From the NCBI GenBank assembly GCA_964437265.1, contig CAYTGY010000003.1, positions 1 through 38,000 of the forward strand: 38,000 bases of DNA, read 5' to 3'. Positions 31,788 to 38,000 of the stretch are shown here, piece by piece. The first letter of the stretch is position 1; every line of letters starts with the position of its first letter. The notes below the pieces were generated by a model, which saw only the letters and a program-made list of their open reading frames with translations, was not told the DNA's origin and did not search any database. The translations under genes were made by a program, and so were the position numbers. Origin of the DNA: an uncultured Spirochaetaceae bacterium. Lineage in GTDB: Bacteria; Spirochaetota; Spirochaetia; DSM-27196; SLST01.

Positions 31788-32627
31788 CGGCGAAGGTCTC
31801 CCGGCCTCAACGGTGAGAAGCTCCGCATCGCGGCAGAACTCGAGCAGCGCATCCGCGATGGGCAGGCGGTGATCCATCAGACCAGCCTCCTCGCTAAACG
31901 CGCCAAGCTGACCGTACTTGATACCGACGTCGTCTCCGGCTCCGTCTGCCATCTTTGCAAGCACGGTGCTGAAGAGCCCGCGGAAACCACCGTCGCCGCC
32001 AATCGCCCGCTCCATCGCCTCGAGATCGAGCCCCGCCCGCCTACCGAATGACGCTGCCTCGAGCACCGCGGCGTGCACCAATCCCATCCCAAGCTGATTG
32101 ACCACCTTCATCGCCTGGCCCTGCCCGCTCGATCCGCAGTAGACCACGCGCTGCGGGTCTCCTACCGCCTCCAAAATCGGCCGCACCGCTTCAACATCCT
32201 CAGCCCGGCCACCGGCAAAGACTCGCAAGGTTCCGGCTACCGCGCCCCCGCCGCCGCCGCTGACCGGTGCATCAACCAGCCGGGCGCCGCGCTCGGCAAA
32301 CGCGTGCGCCAACCGGACCGTCTCAGACGCCGTGGTGGTGCCAAAGTCGATGAAGAGCTGTCCTTCACGAGCGGCGGGAAGGAGCTCGGTCTGGGCAACC
32401 TCGACGAACACGGTGAAATCGGGAAGGCTGGTGCACACCACATCCGAGCGGGAGACCAACTCGGCGACGGACTCGGCCGCCGTCGCACCGTTCGCTACCG
32501 CTGCAGCGAGCGCTACAGGCGCGCGGTCGTACACAGAGAGCGGCGATGCCACAGACGCGATATGCCGAGCCATCGGGCCGCCCATCGTCCCCAAGCCGAT
32601 GAATCCAACGCTGAACCTGCTATTCAC
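31746..32627 (-). CDS. NAD(P)-dependent beta-hydroxyacid dehydrogenase family oxidoreductase (paralogue of 21759-22643)
   Basis: GTG start 32627 with GGAGGA 5 nt upstream. Contains VGFIGLGTMGGPMA, DAPVSGG and GQAMKVVNQL. Its 3' end overlaps the convergent GH65 gene by 42 nt. Confidence 0.8.
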   Translation of the reverse strand: MNSRFSVGFIGLGTMGGPMARHIASVASPLSVYDRAPVALAAAVANGATAAESVAELVSRSDVVCTSLPDFTVFVEVAQTELLPAAREGQLFIDFGTTTASETVRLAHAFAERGARLVDAPVSGGGGGAVAGTLRVFAGGRAEDVEAVRPILEAVGDPQRVVYCGSSGQGQAMKVVNQLGMGLVHAAVLEAASFGRRAGLDLEAMERAIGGDGGFRGLFSTVLAKMADGAGDDVGIKYGQLGAFSEEAGLMDHRLPIADALLEFCRDAELLTVEAGRPSPSFWRELCGRELPG

Positions 32628-32647
32628 GTGAGTCCTCCATGCGCGTA

Positions 32648-33763
32648 CTATTCGAGCGCGCCCATCAGGTGCTCAATCGAGGTCTCGAGTGCCTCGGTGA
32701 TCCTCTGCGGGTCGTCGTCCAGGTCACGCGCCTCAAGCTCAACAACGTATCCGCCGGTGTAGCCGATCTCGCGCATCGCCGCAAAGAGCGACGCGAAATC
32801 GACGGTCCCACGGCCAAAGACCGTGCTCGCACCGTCGCGGAGATCCTTGATGTGGCAATACGCAATCCGGTCGCGAAACGCCCCAAACGCCTCCCGCCAC
32901 GGAATCCCGGCCTTCTCAAAGTGCCCGACTTCCAACAGTACCTTGAGCCGAGGATCGCCGACCGCATCGAGCACCTCTTGCGCGTTGTCGATCGTGGCGA
33001 CCGGGGTTCCCGAGTGGTTCTGGAGCACCACGGTGAGCCCCAACTCCTGGGCTCGGTCGAGGATCTCACCAGCCACCGGCGGGTACGCCTCTCGTGTGGG
33101 CGCTTTGATCAGCACCACCGGAACCCCGGCCTCCGCGGCAAACTCCAGTGCTTCGCGTGCTCGTTGCAGGGAGCCGGCGTCCTCGGGGTCGGCGACGGGT
33201 AGATGCAGCGACGCGAACTCGATCCCGTACGGAGCGGCAAGTGCCCGGTAGAAGCCGGCGCCCCTGCTCGGATCGATCCCTGACGCAGGTCCTCCGGTGA
33301 AGAGTTCGAGCTTGCGGAATCCCAGCCGGTGGAAGATGGGCAAGAGCGCCTCGAGCGTCAGCGTGGGTAGGCACATAGGTGAGGCGATCAGACTGTCTGC
33401 GATGCGTTCGGTATGGAAGTCGCGCGCCGCCGTTGGGTAGGCGACGATCATCTCCGCATCCTCGTCTCCCACGCTCTGTGCACCGTGAAAGACCCCCGGC
33501 GGGAGGACGATGGTATCTCCGGCGTTGAGCTCGGCACGCTCCGCGCCCACCGAGTGGATCAGCTTGCCGCGCAGAAGGTAGAGCACCTCTTCGCATGAGT
33601 GATAGTGACGCGGATTGCTCATCCCCTGCTTGATCACCACTCTGCCTATTGTCGTGGACGCGGAGTTCCCGATCTGCCCGCCGGCAAGCCACTCGAGGCT
33701 CCCCCACTCCGCCTTGATCATCGCCGCCTGAGAATCATCCGCCGTACGTACCGAGAAATGCAT
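32648..33763 (-). CDS. fusion protein: N-terminal cupin domain plus C-terminal xylose-isomerase-like TIM barrel (sugar phosphate isomerase/epimerase family)
   Basis: Residues up to about 120 (GRVVIKQGMSNPRHYHSCEEVLYLLRGKLIHSVG...GDTIVLPPGVFHGAQ) form a cupin. The remainder (FRKLELF..., ASLHLP..., VVLQNHSG..., LLEVGHF..., CHIKD..., VVELE) has the AP-endonuclease-2/xylose-isomerase-like barrel pattern. GGAGGA lies 6 nt upstream of the ATG. Confidence 0.75.
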   Translation of the reverse strand: MHFSVRTADDSQAAMIKAEWGSLEWLAGGQIGNSASTTIGRVVIKQGMSNPRHYHSCEEVLYLLRGKLIHSVGAERAELNAGDTIVLPPGVFHGAQSVGDEDAEMIVAYPTAARDFHTERIADSLIASPMCLPTLTLEALLPIFHRLGFRKLELFTGGPASGIDPSRGAGFYRALAAPYGIEFASLHLPVADPEDAGSLQRAREALEFAAEAGVPVVLIKAPTREAYPPVAGEILDRAQELGLTVVLQNHSGTPVATIDNAQEVLDAVGDPRLKVLLEVGHFEKAGIPWREAFGAFRDRIAYCHIKDLRDGASTVFGRGTVDFASLFAAMREIGYTGGYVVELEARDLDDDPQRITEALETSIEHLMGALE

Positions 33764-33814
33764 GCTGAGTCCTCCGTCCTCTTTGTGTGCGCCATCAGCG
33801 CGCGATTTGCGCCA

Positions 33815-34639
33815 TTAGCGCCCGATTGCCGTGAACGCTTCCACCTGCGCTTTGATGGCTCGTTCGACGGGAAGCCGTTCCATTGAGCTCGCACCGTAGA
33901 ACCCGTTTACGCCCTCGCACTCGCGCAGGATGTAGGCGGCGTCGTCGGGCTCCGCAATCGGTCCGCCATGGCACAGGACAATCACGTCGTCGCGGACCGA
34001 CCGGGCGGCGTCGACGATACCGTTGATCACCGGCACGCACTCCTCGAGCGTGAGCGCGGTCTTTGCGCCGATCGACCCTGAGGTGGTGAGCCCCATATGC
34101 GCCACCAGAATGTCCGCACCGGCACTGGTCATCGCCCGAGCGTCGTCGCCATTGAACACGTAGGGCGTGGTCAGGAGATCCAGCTCGTGCGCCGTGGCGA
34201 TCATGCCGACCTCACGGTCGTACCCCATGTTGGTCTCCTCCAGGTTCGCCCGGAAGTTCCCGTCGATGAGCCCCACCGTGGGGAAGTTCTGAACGCCGGC
34301 AAAGCCGGTGGATTTGACCTGAGCAAGGAAGGTGGGCATGAGCCGCATGGGATCGGTTCCACACACCCCGGCTAGTACCGGCACCTTCTTGACCACCGGA
34401 AGCACCTCACGCGCCATCTCCATCACCACCGCGTTCGCATCTCCGTAGGGCATGAGACCGGCAAGCGAGCCGTGCCCCGCCATCCGGAAGCGGCCTGAGT
34501 TGTAGATCACAATGAGGTCGATCCCGCCAGCTTCCTCCCACTTCGCGCTGATTCCGGTGCCGGCCCCGCCTCCAATGATCGGCTTGCCTGCAGCGATCTT
34601 GTCGTTCAACGTCTTTAGTATCGATGTGCGATCAGTCAT
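33815..34639 (-). CDS. PEP-hydrolase-like TIM-barrel protein (Tm-1 C-terminal-domain family)
   Basis: 274 aa. The pattern [37 protein letters not shown]...[13 protein letters not shown]...[14 protein letters not shown]...VLCHGGPI is characteristic of this family, from memory. Its ATG overlaps the upstream stop (ATGACTGA). Confidence 0.7.
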   Translation of the reverse strand: MTDRTSILKTLNDKIAAGKPIIGGGAGTGISAKWEEAGGIDLIVIYNSGRFRMAGHGSLAGLMPYGDANAVVMEMAREVLPVVKKVPVLAGVCGTDPMRLMPTFLAQVKSTGFAGVQNFPTVGLIDGNFRANLEETNMGYDREVGMIATAHELDLLTTPYVFNGDDARAMTSAGADILVAHMGLTTSGSIGAKTALTLEECVPVINGIVDAARSVRDDVIVLCHGGPIAEPDDAAYILRECEGVNGFYGASSMERLPVERAIKAQVEAFTAIGR

Positions 34640-35852
34640 TCGATTTCTCCTTCATGAGCGCGAGCAACTCGGAAGCGCAGCGGTCGGCGAATGCTTCGTC
34701 ATTGATGAAGCTGTCCATCTCAATCAGCGCAATGTCCTCGCGAAGCGTATCGCGGATTGCGCCAAAGAGCGCCTCGTTTGCCGCCGGATCGTAGAACGCT
34801 CCGTCGGGCCCGTCGATCATGCTCACGCCCTTGAGCGGGAGCAGAACGGTCACCGGCCCCGTGCTTGCGTTGACCTTCTCCGCAAGCGATCTACCGAGCT
34901 GCGCGTTCTCCTCCGGGGTGGTGCGCATGAGCGTCACATTGGGATTGTGCCGGTAGAAGGTGCGTCCGGCATGTTTCTCCGGAATCGTCTCAGGCGCCCA
35001 GAAGTTGACCATATCAAGGCAGCCCGGTGTCACTACGGCCGGGACACCGGTAGACGCAGCGGCGGTCAGCCGGTCAGGGCCGGCTGAAAAGACCCCGCCG
35101 ACAAGATCATCCGCAAGCTCGGTGGTGGTGATATCAAGAACGCCTGCGATGTGCCCCTCGCGGACCAGATTCTCCAGTGAACGCCCTCCGTTTCCGGTGC
35201 AGTGAAAGACCAGCACCTCATAGCCGGCTTTCGCCAGCGCTGCGGATGCCCGGTCCACCGCTTTGGTGGTGTTTCCAAACATTGAGGCGGCGATGAGCGG
35301 CTTCTCCTCACCTTCAGGAACCTCCGTCTCCACCATCCCACAGATCGCGCCCGCGGCTCCGGCAAACACGGTGCGGCTGATCCGGTTGATCCCGGCAACA
35401 TCAACAATGCTGGGAATCATCACAATGTCCTTGACGCCAACGTAGCCGGAGACGTCACCGCCGGCGGCAGTAGACACCATGACCTTTGGCACGCCGAGCG
35501 GGAGCTCGCGCATCGCCGCAGTTGCCATCGCGGTGCCGCCGGTCCCACCGAGAGCGAGGACCCCGTCAAGACGTCCCTGCGCGTGAAGCCGCGGAACAAA
35601 CGCGGCGACGGCGCGTGACATGAGCGCAACCGCTTCACCTCGGTCCATTGCATCAAGCGCCGTGTCTCCGGCTCCTATCGCGGCGAGCACCTCGCTCCTA
35701 GAGATATCCGGAGCAATGCTCGGCTCCTCTTTTGTGCCCACATCTACCACCACCGGCGTGTGCCCCCGCTCCTTGATCAGGTCGCGCAGAAACGCATACT
35801 CGCGCCCTTTGGTGTCAAGCGCCCCAATGAGAACAATCGATTTACGGCTCAT
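34632..35852 (-). CDS. UPF0261 / Tm-1-like ATP-binding domain protein
   Basis: Start trimmed to ATG 35852 ([39 protein letters not shown]), with GAGGAGGG upstream. About 406 aa. It is adjacent to its usual PEP-hydrolase-like partner. Confidence 0.7.
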   Translation of the reverse strand: MSRKSIVLIGALDTKGREYAFLRDLIKERGHTPVVVDVGTKEEPSIAPDISRSEVLAAIGAGDTALDAMDRGEAVALMSRAVAAFVPRLHAQGRLDGVLALGGTGGTAMATAAMRELPLGVPKVMVSTAAGGDVSGYVGVKDIVMIPSIVDVAGINRISRTVFAGAAGAICGMVETEVPEGEEKPLIAASMFGNTTKAVDRASAALAKAGYEVLVFHCTGNGGRSLENLVREGHIAGVLDITTTELADDLVGGVFSAGPDRLTAAASTGVPAVVTPGCLDMVNFWAPETIPEKHAGRTFYRHNPNVTLMRTTPEENAQLGRSLAEKVNASTGPVTVLLPLKGVSMIDGPDGAFYDPAANEALFGAIRDTLREDIALIEMDSFINDEAFADRCASELLALMKEKSND

Positions 35853-35862
35853 CGTACCCTCC

Positions 35863-36663
35863 TCATGCACCATCGAATCTGCCGAACATCGCGCGCGCCT
35901 CTTCGAGCGTCTTGCGGTGCGCGACGGGGTCATCCATGTTCACGCTGAATGGTGAAAACTCCACCACCGCGTATCCGTCGTACCCGCGTGCGTCCATCGT
36001 CTCCAGATACCCAACATTGTCCGCCGTCCCTTCGCCAAACGGGGCAAAGTCCTTCTTCCCGAACTGCCGGTTGTCCTTGAGATGTATGTGCTTGATTCGG
36101 GATCCGAACTCGCGGGTTACCTCATCCAGCGCGATTCCGGCCGCATGGAAGTGTCCAACGTCCACACACAATCCCAGGTTGGGCGAGTCGAACCGGTCGA
36201 ACACGGTCCGGTAGTCATCGATGTTCTCAAGATTGAATCCCGCGTGGTTCTCAAGCGCGTAGGTCACTCCCATCTCCTCGCAGAACGGCAGAATCAGCTC
36301 GAGGATCGTGAGCACGCCGTCCAATCCGCCATACTCTCCTCGCCGCGCGCTGGTACCGCAGACGAGCGAGCATCCGAGCTCGCGGGCGGCCTCAACCACG
36401 CGCATCTTGTGAGATAGATCCTTGGTGAGTTGATCCCGCTCACCACCGCCGATCATGGTGGCGTAGAAGGACGAAGGACTGAGCCCGCTCTGTTCACACC
36501 GCGCCCGTACCTCCGCCACGCCCGTTCTGGTGAGATTGTGCGCGTGGAAGAATGCGAACTCCACATTGGAAAAACCAACCTGCGGCGCCAACTCAAACGT
36601 CTTCCGGAAGCTCGTATCGTCAAAGCTGTCAAAGCAGAGCGTGGAAACGGATAGGGTAATCAT
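35863..36663 (-). CDS. xylose-isomerase-like TIM-barrel protein (sugar phosphate isomerase/epimerase family)
   Basis: Start trimmed to ATG 36663 (MITLSVSTLCFDS...), with GAGGTG upstream. Contains YALENHAG, VDVGHFH, IHLKD and VVEF blocks. Confidence 0.75.
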   Translation of the reverse strand: MITLSVSTLCFDSFDDTSFRKTFELAPQVGFSNVEFAFFHAHNLTRTGVAEVRARCEQSGLSPSSFYATMIGGGERDQLTKDLSHKMRVVEAARELGCSLVCGTSARRGEYGGLDGVLTILELILPFCEEMGVTYALENHAGFNLENIDDYRTVFDRFDSPNLGLCVDVGHFHAAGIALDEVTREFGSRIKHIHLKDNRQFGKKDFAPFGEGTADNVGYLETMDARGYDGYAVVEFSPFSVNMDDPVAHRKTLEEARAMFGRFDGA

Positions 36664-36692
36664 GCATACACCTCGGTGCGGGAGTAGTGTCA

Positions 36693-36728
36693 CCGGTGTG
36701 AAATTGGATACATCCAATTTCACACCGG
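36693..36728. promoter_or_regulatory. 36-bp palindromic operator (17-bp perfect arms, central AC)
   Basis: CCGGTGTGAAATTGGAT-AC-ATCCAATTTCACACCGG. The core at 36702-36719 is identical to 27644-27661. It starts 8 nt downstream of the candidate -10 and ends 30 nt upstream of ATG 36663. Confidence 0.7.
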
Positions 36729-36736
36729 CTGCGCAC

Positions 36737-36765
36737 AGCATACCCGGTCACCTGTGAGCTGTCAA
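36737..36765 (-). promoter_or_regulatory. candidate promoter of the TIM-barrel/UPF0261 operon
   Basis: Minus strand: TTGACA (36765-36760), a 17-nt spacer, then TATGCT (36742-36737). Confidence 0.45.
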
Positions 36766-36828
36766 GCAAGCGCGTCGGGATCGGGCGACTCTGGCTTGCG
36801 CCGAACACACCGATCCGAACCATAATTG

Positions 36829-36837
36829 TGGTATACT
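36829..36837 (+). promoter_or_regulatory. extended -10 (TGgTATACT) upstream of vapB
   Basis: TGGTATACT lies 18 nt upstream of ATG 36856. AGGAGG at 36844-36849 lies between them. Confidence 0.4.
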
Positions 36838-36855
36838 TGAACCAGGAGGTGGTTC

Positions 36856-37104
36856 ATGTCGTTCACGATACACGGGATCGATCCGGAACTGGATGAGCGG
36901 CTGCGGCGGCGAGCCAGAGAAGAGCGGGTGAGCAAGAACCAGCTGGTGAAGCGTCTCCTCGCGCGTGCAGTTGGGTTGGGAGAACGCGGTGCCCAAGAGA
37001 ACGAATATCGGGAGTTCCTTGGCCTGTGGTCTGAAGATCAGCGGCAGAGGTTTGATGACGTACAGGAGAAGAACCAGCGCGTTGACCCGGAAGACTGGAA
37101 ATGA
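36856..37104 (+). CDS. vapB: type II antitoxin, ribbon-helix-helix VapB-like
   Basis: 82 aa. The N-terminus (MSFTIHGIDPELDERLRRRAREERVSKNQLVKRLL) is RHH-like. Its stop overlaps the toxin start (ATGA at 37101-37104). Confidence 0.75.
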   Translation: MSFTIHGIDPELDERLRRRAREERVSKNQLVKRLLARAVGLGERGAQENEYREFLGLWSEDQRQRFDDVQEKNQRVDPEDWK

Positions 37105-37508
37105 CCAGACGCGTCCTCATCGATACCAATGCGTACTCGGCACTGTTTGCAGGTACCGAGGCGATGGCCGACGCGCTACGGGAAGCAGAAGAGGTCCTGT
37201 TGTGTTCAATCGTGATCGGTGAGCTCCTCGACGGTTTTGTGGGAGGATCTCGAGAAGCCGAGAACCGGGATGAACTCACCAGGTTCAAGGAAAAGCCCCG
37301 CACCGTGGTAGTCCCGATTTCTGAACAGACCTCGGAGTGGTTCGCGCAGATCAAGCAGCAACTCCGTCGCAAGGGGTGTCCCATCCCCATCAACGACGTC
37401 TGGATCGCAGCGGCCTGCATGGAACATGCGGCGACGCTCTTGAGTCTGGACGCACACTTCTCGCAAATCGACGGACTCCTGAGGCACCCGACCGCGCAAA
37501 GCTCCTGA
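37101..37508 (+). CDS. vapC: PIN-domain toxin, VapC family
   Basis: 135 aa. Contains LIDTNAYSALF (first acidic residue), IVIGEL and INDVWIAAACMEHAATLLSLDAHF, the conserved acidic PIN positions. Confidence 0.8.
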   Translation: MTRRVLIDTNAYSALFAGTEAMADALREAEEVLLCSIVIGELLDGFVGGSREAENRDELTRFKEKPRTVVVPISEQTSEWFAQIKQQLRRKGCPIPINDVWIAAACMEHAATLLSLDAHFSQIDGLLRHPTAQSS

Positions 37509-37525
37509 AAAGCTCGCCACATCTC

Positions 37526-37554
37526 TTGACACTTTGCCCGAGTGTTTCTATAAA
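37526..37554 (+). promoter_or_regulatory. sigma70-type promoter of the TrpR-like/trpB2 unit
   Basis: TTGACA (37526-37531), a 17-nt spacer, then TATAAA (37549-37554). The -10 ends 11 nt before ATG 37566 and there is no SD. Confidence 0.6.
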
Positions 37555-37565
37555 TAGAAACACTC
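37540..37565. promoter_or_regulatory. 26-bp palindrome (operator candidate) covering the -10, the predicted TSS and abutting the start codon
   Basis: GAGTGTTTCTAT-AA-ATAGAAACACTC: 12-bp perfect arms. Confidence 0.6.
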
Positions 37566-37838
37566 ATGAGTACCACCATGGAGGAACTTGCCAAGCTACT
37601 CGCCGGAATAGATGACGAGCAGCTGATGAGCGAGTTCCTGAATGAGCTGTTCACGCCGACGGAGATTCACCGGATTGAGCAGCGATGGGAGTTGGTGAAG
37701 CTCTTGGAAGAAGGAGTGAGTCAGCGTGAGATTGCACGTCGGCTGGGGATCTCGCTCTGTAACATCACGCGCGGTTCCAAGGAGCTGAAGAAGCCGGGAA
37801 GCGCGTTTCGCACCGTCTTGGACCACAAAGGAGACTGA
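37566..37838 (+). CDS. TrpR / YerC-YecD family DNA-binding protein
   Basis: 90 aa. LFTPTEIHRIEQRWELVKLLEEGVSQREIARRLGISLCNITRGSKELK matches the Trp-repressor-family HTH core. Confidence 0.75.
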   Translation: MSTTMEELAKLLAGIDDEQLMSEFLNELFTPTEIHRIEQRWELVKLLEEGVSQREIARRLGISLCNITRGSKELKKPGSAFRTVLDHKGD

Positions 37839-37841
37839 AGG

Positions 37842-38000
37842 ATGCAACTGAACAAGGCCGTACTCGATGAGCGGGAGATGCCCGCCCAGTGGTACAACAT
37901 ACAGGCGGATATGCCGTATGCACCGCCGCCGGTGATCCACCCGCTGACCAAGGAACCGGTGGGACCGCAGGACCTTGCCCCACTGTTTGCGATGGAGCTG
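37842..38000 (+). CDS. trpB: TrpB2-type tryptophan synthase beta chain, 5' end only
   Basis: Not in the track because it is open at the window edge. It translates as MQLNKAVLDEREMPAQWYNIQADMPYAPPPVIHPLTKEPVGPQDLAPLFAMEL, the typical TrpB2 N-terminus (WYN...P..PPP..P.T.EP..P.DL..+F). AAAGGAG lies upstream, 3 nt after the TrpR-like stop. Confidence 0.7.
   Translation, partial: MQLNKAVLDEREMPAQWYNIQADMPYAPPPVIHPLTKEPVGPQDLAPLFAMEL

Noticed and set aside
36863-37654. A 263-aa minus-strand ORF spanning vapB, vapC and the TrpR-like promoter
   Set aside because: It is Ser/Arg-rich with no recognisable domain. It overlaps three well-supported plus-strand features, including an intergenic promoter.
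1-38000. A search by eye for CRISPR arrays, tRNA/rRNA genes, IS elements, integrases, phage genes or classical defence systems
   Set aside because: None was recognised. Intergenic space is short and is accounted for by promoters, operators and hairpins. The only toxin-like or nuclease genes are an ordinary VapBC pair and a Uma2 endonuclease.

Overview
GC-rich bacterial chromosomal window, almost entirely coding. I see no rRNA, tRNA, CRISPR array, transposase or integrase.

Layout:
(i) 1-3495, minus-strand operon: lipoprotein, hypothetical protein, family-5 ABC binding lipoprotein. The last gene runs off the window and is missing from the ORF track.
(ii) 3634-4014: small MotA-loop-like protein.
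(iii) 4.3-20.05 kb: a roughly 16 kb carbohydrate block of two convergent operons plus an AraC regulator.
- Plus strand: GH78-like hydrolase, cytoplasmic Cys-type sulfatase, LplB/LplC/LplA-type ABC importer.
- Minus strand: glycyl-radical-enzyme (GRE) activase, a divergent glycyl radical enzyme, GH130, URO-D-like protein, GH39-like hydrolase.
- The block is bracketed by a direct repeat derived from the 5' end of a Uma2 nuclease gene. By eye its synonymous codon preference differs from the flanks.
(iv) An intact Uma2 endonuclease gene and a frameshifted aldo/keto reductase.
(v) 21.8-36.7 kb: a second sugar locus.
- ABC importer, two Gfo/Idh/MocA genes (one internally shortened), two paralogous beta-hydroxyacid dehydrogenases.
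- A GntR-HTH/PBP1 chimeric regulator and a GH65 enzyme with about 167 extra N-terminal residues.
- Two xylose-isomerase-like TIM barrels (one fused to a cupin) and a split Tm-1-like pair (UPF0261 plus PEP-hydrolase-like TIM).
- The two minus-strand operons each carry the identical 18-bp palindrome AATTGGATACATCCAATT just downstream of a TTGACA-type promoter.
(vi) VapBC, then a TrpR/YerC-like repressor whose near-leaderless promoter is covered by a 26-bp palindrome, then the start of a TrpB2-type gene.

Best novelty candidates:
- The GRE/activase pair embedded in an intracellular (sulfated) glycan-degradation operon, inside what looks like an acquired island.
- The operator-defined regulon combining GH65, Gfo/Idh/MocA, TIM-barrel and UPF0261/PEP-hydrolase-like genes. 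It has no recognisable sugar kinase or beta-phosphoglucomutase.

All family calls come from motif recognition by eye. No searches were run.
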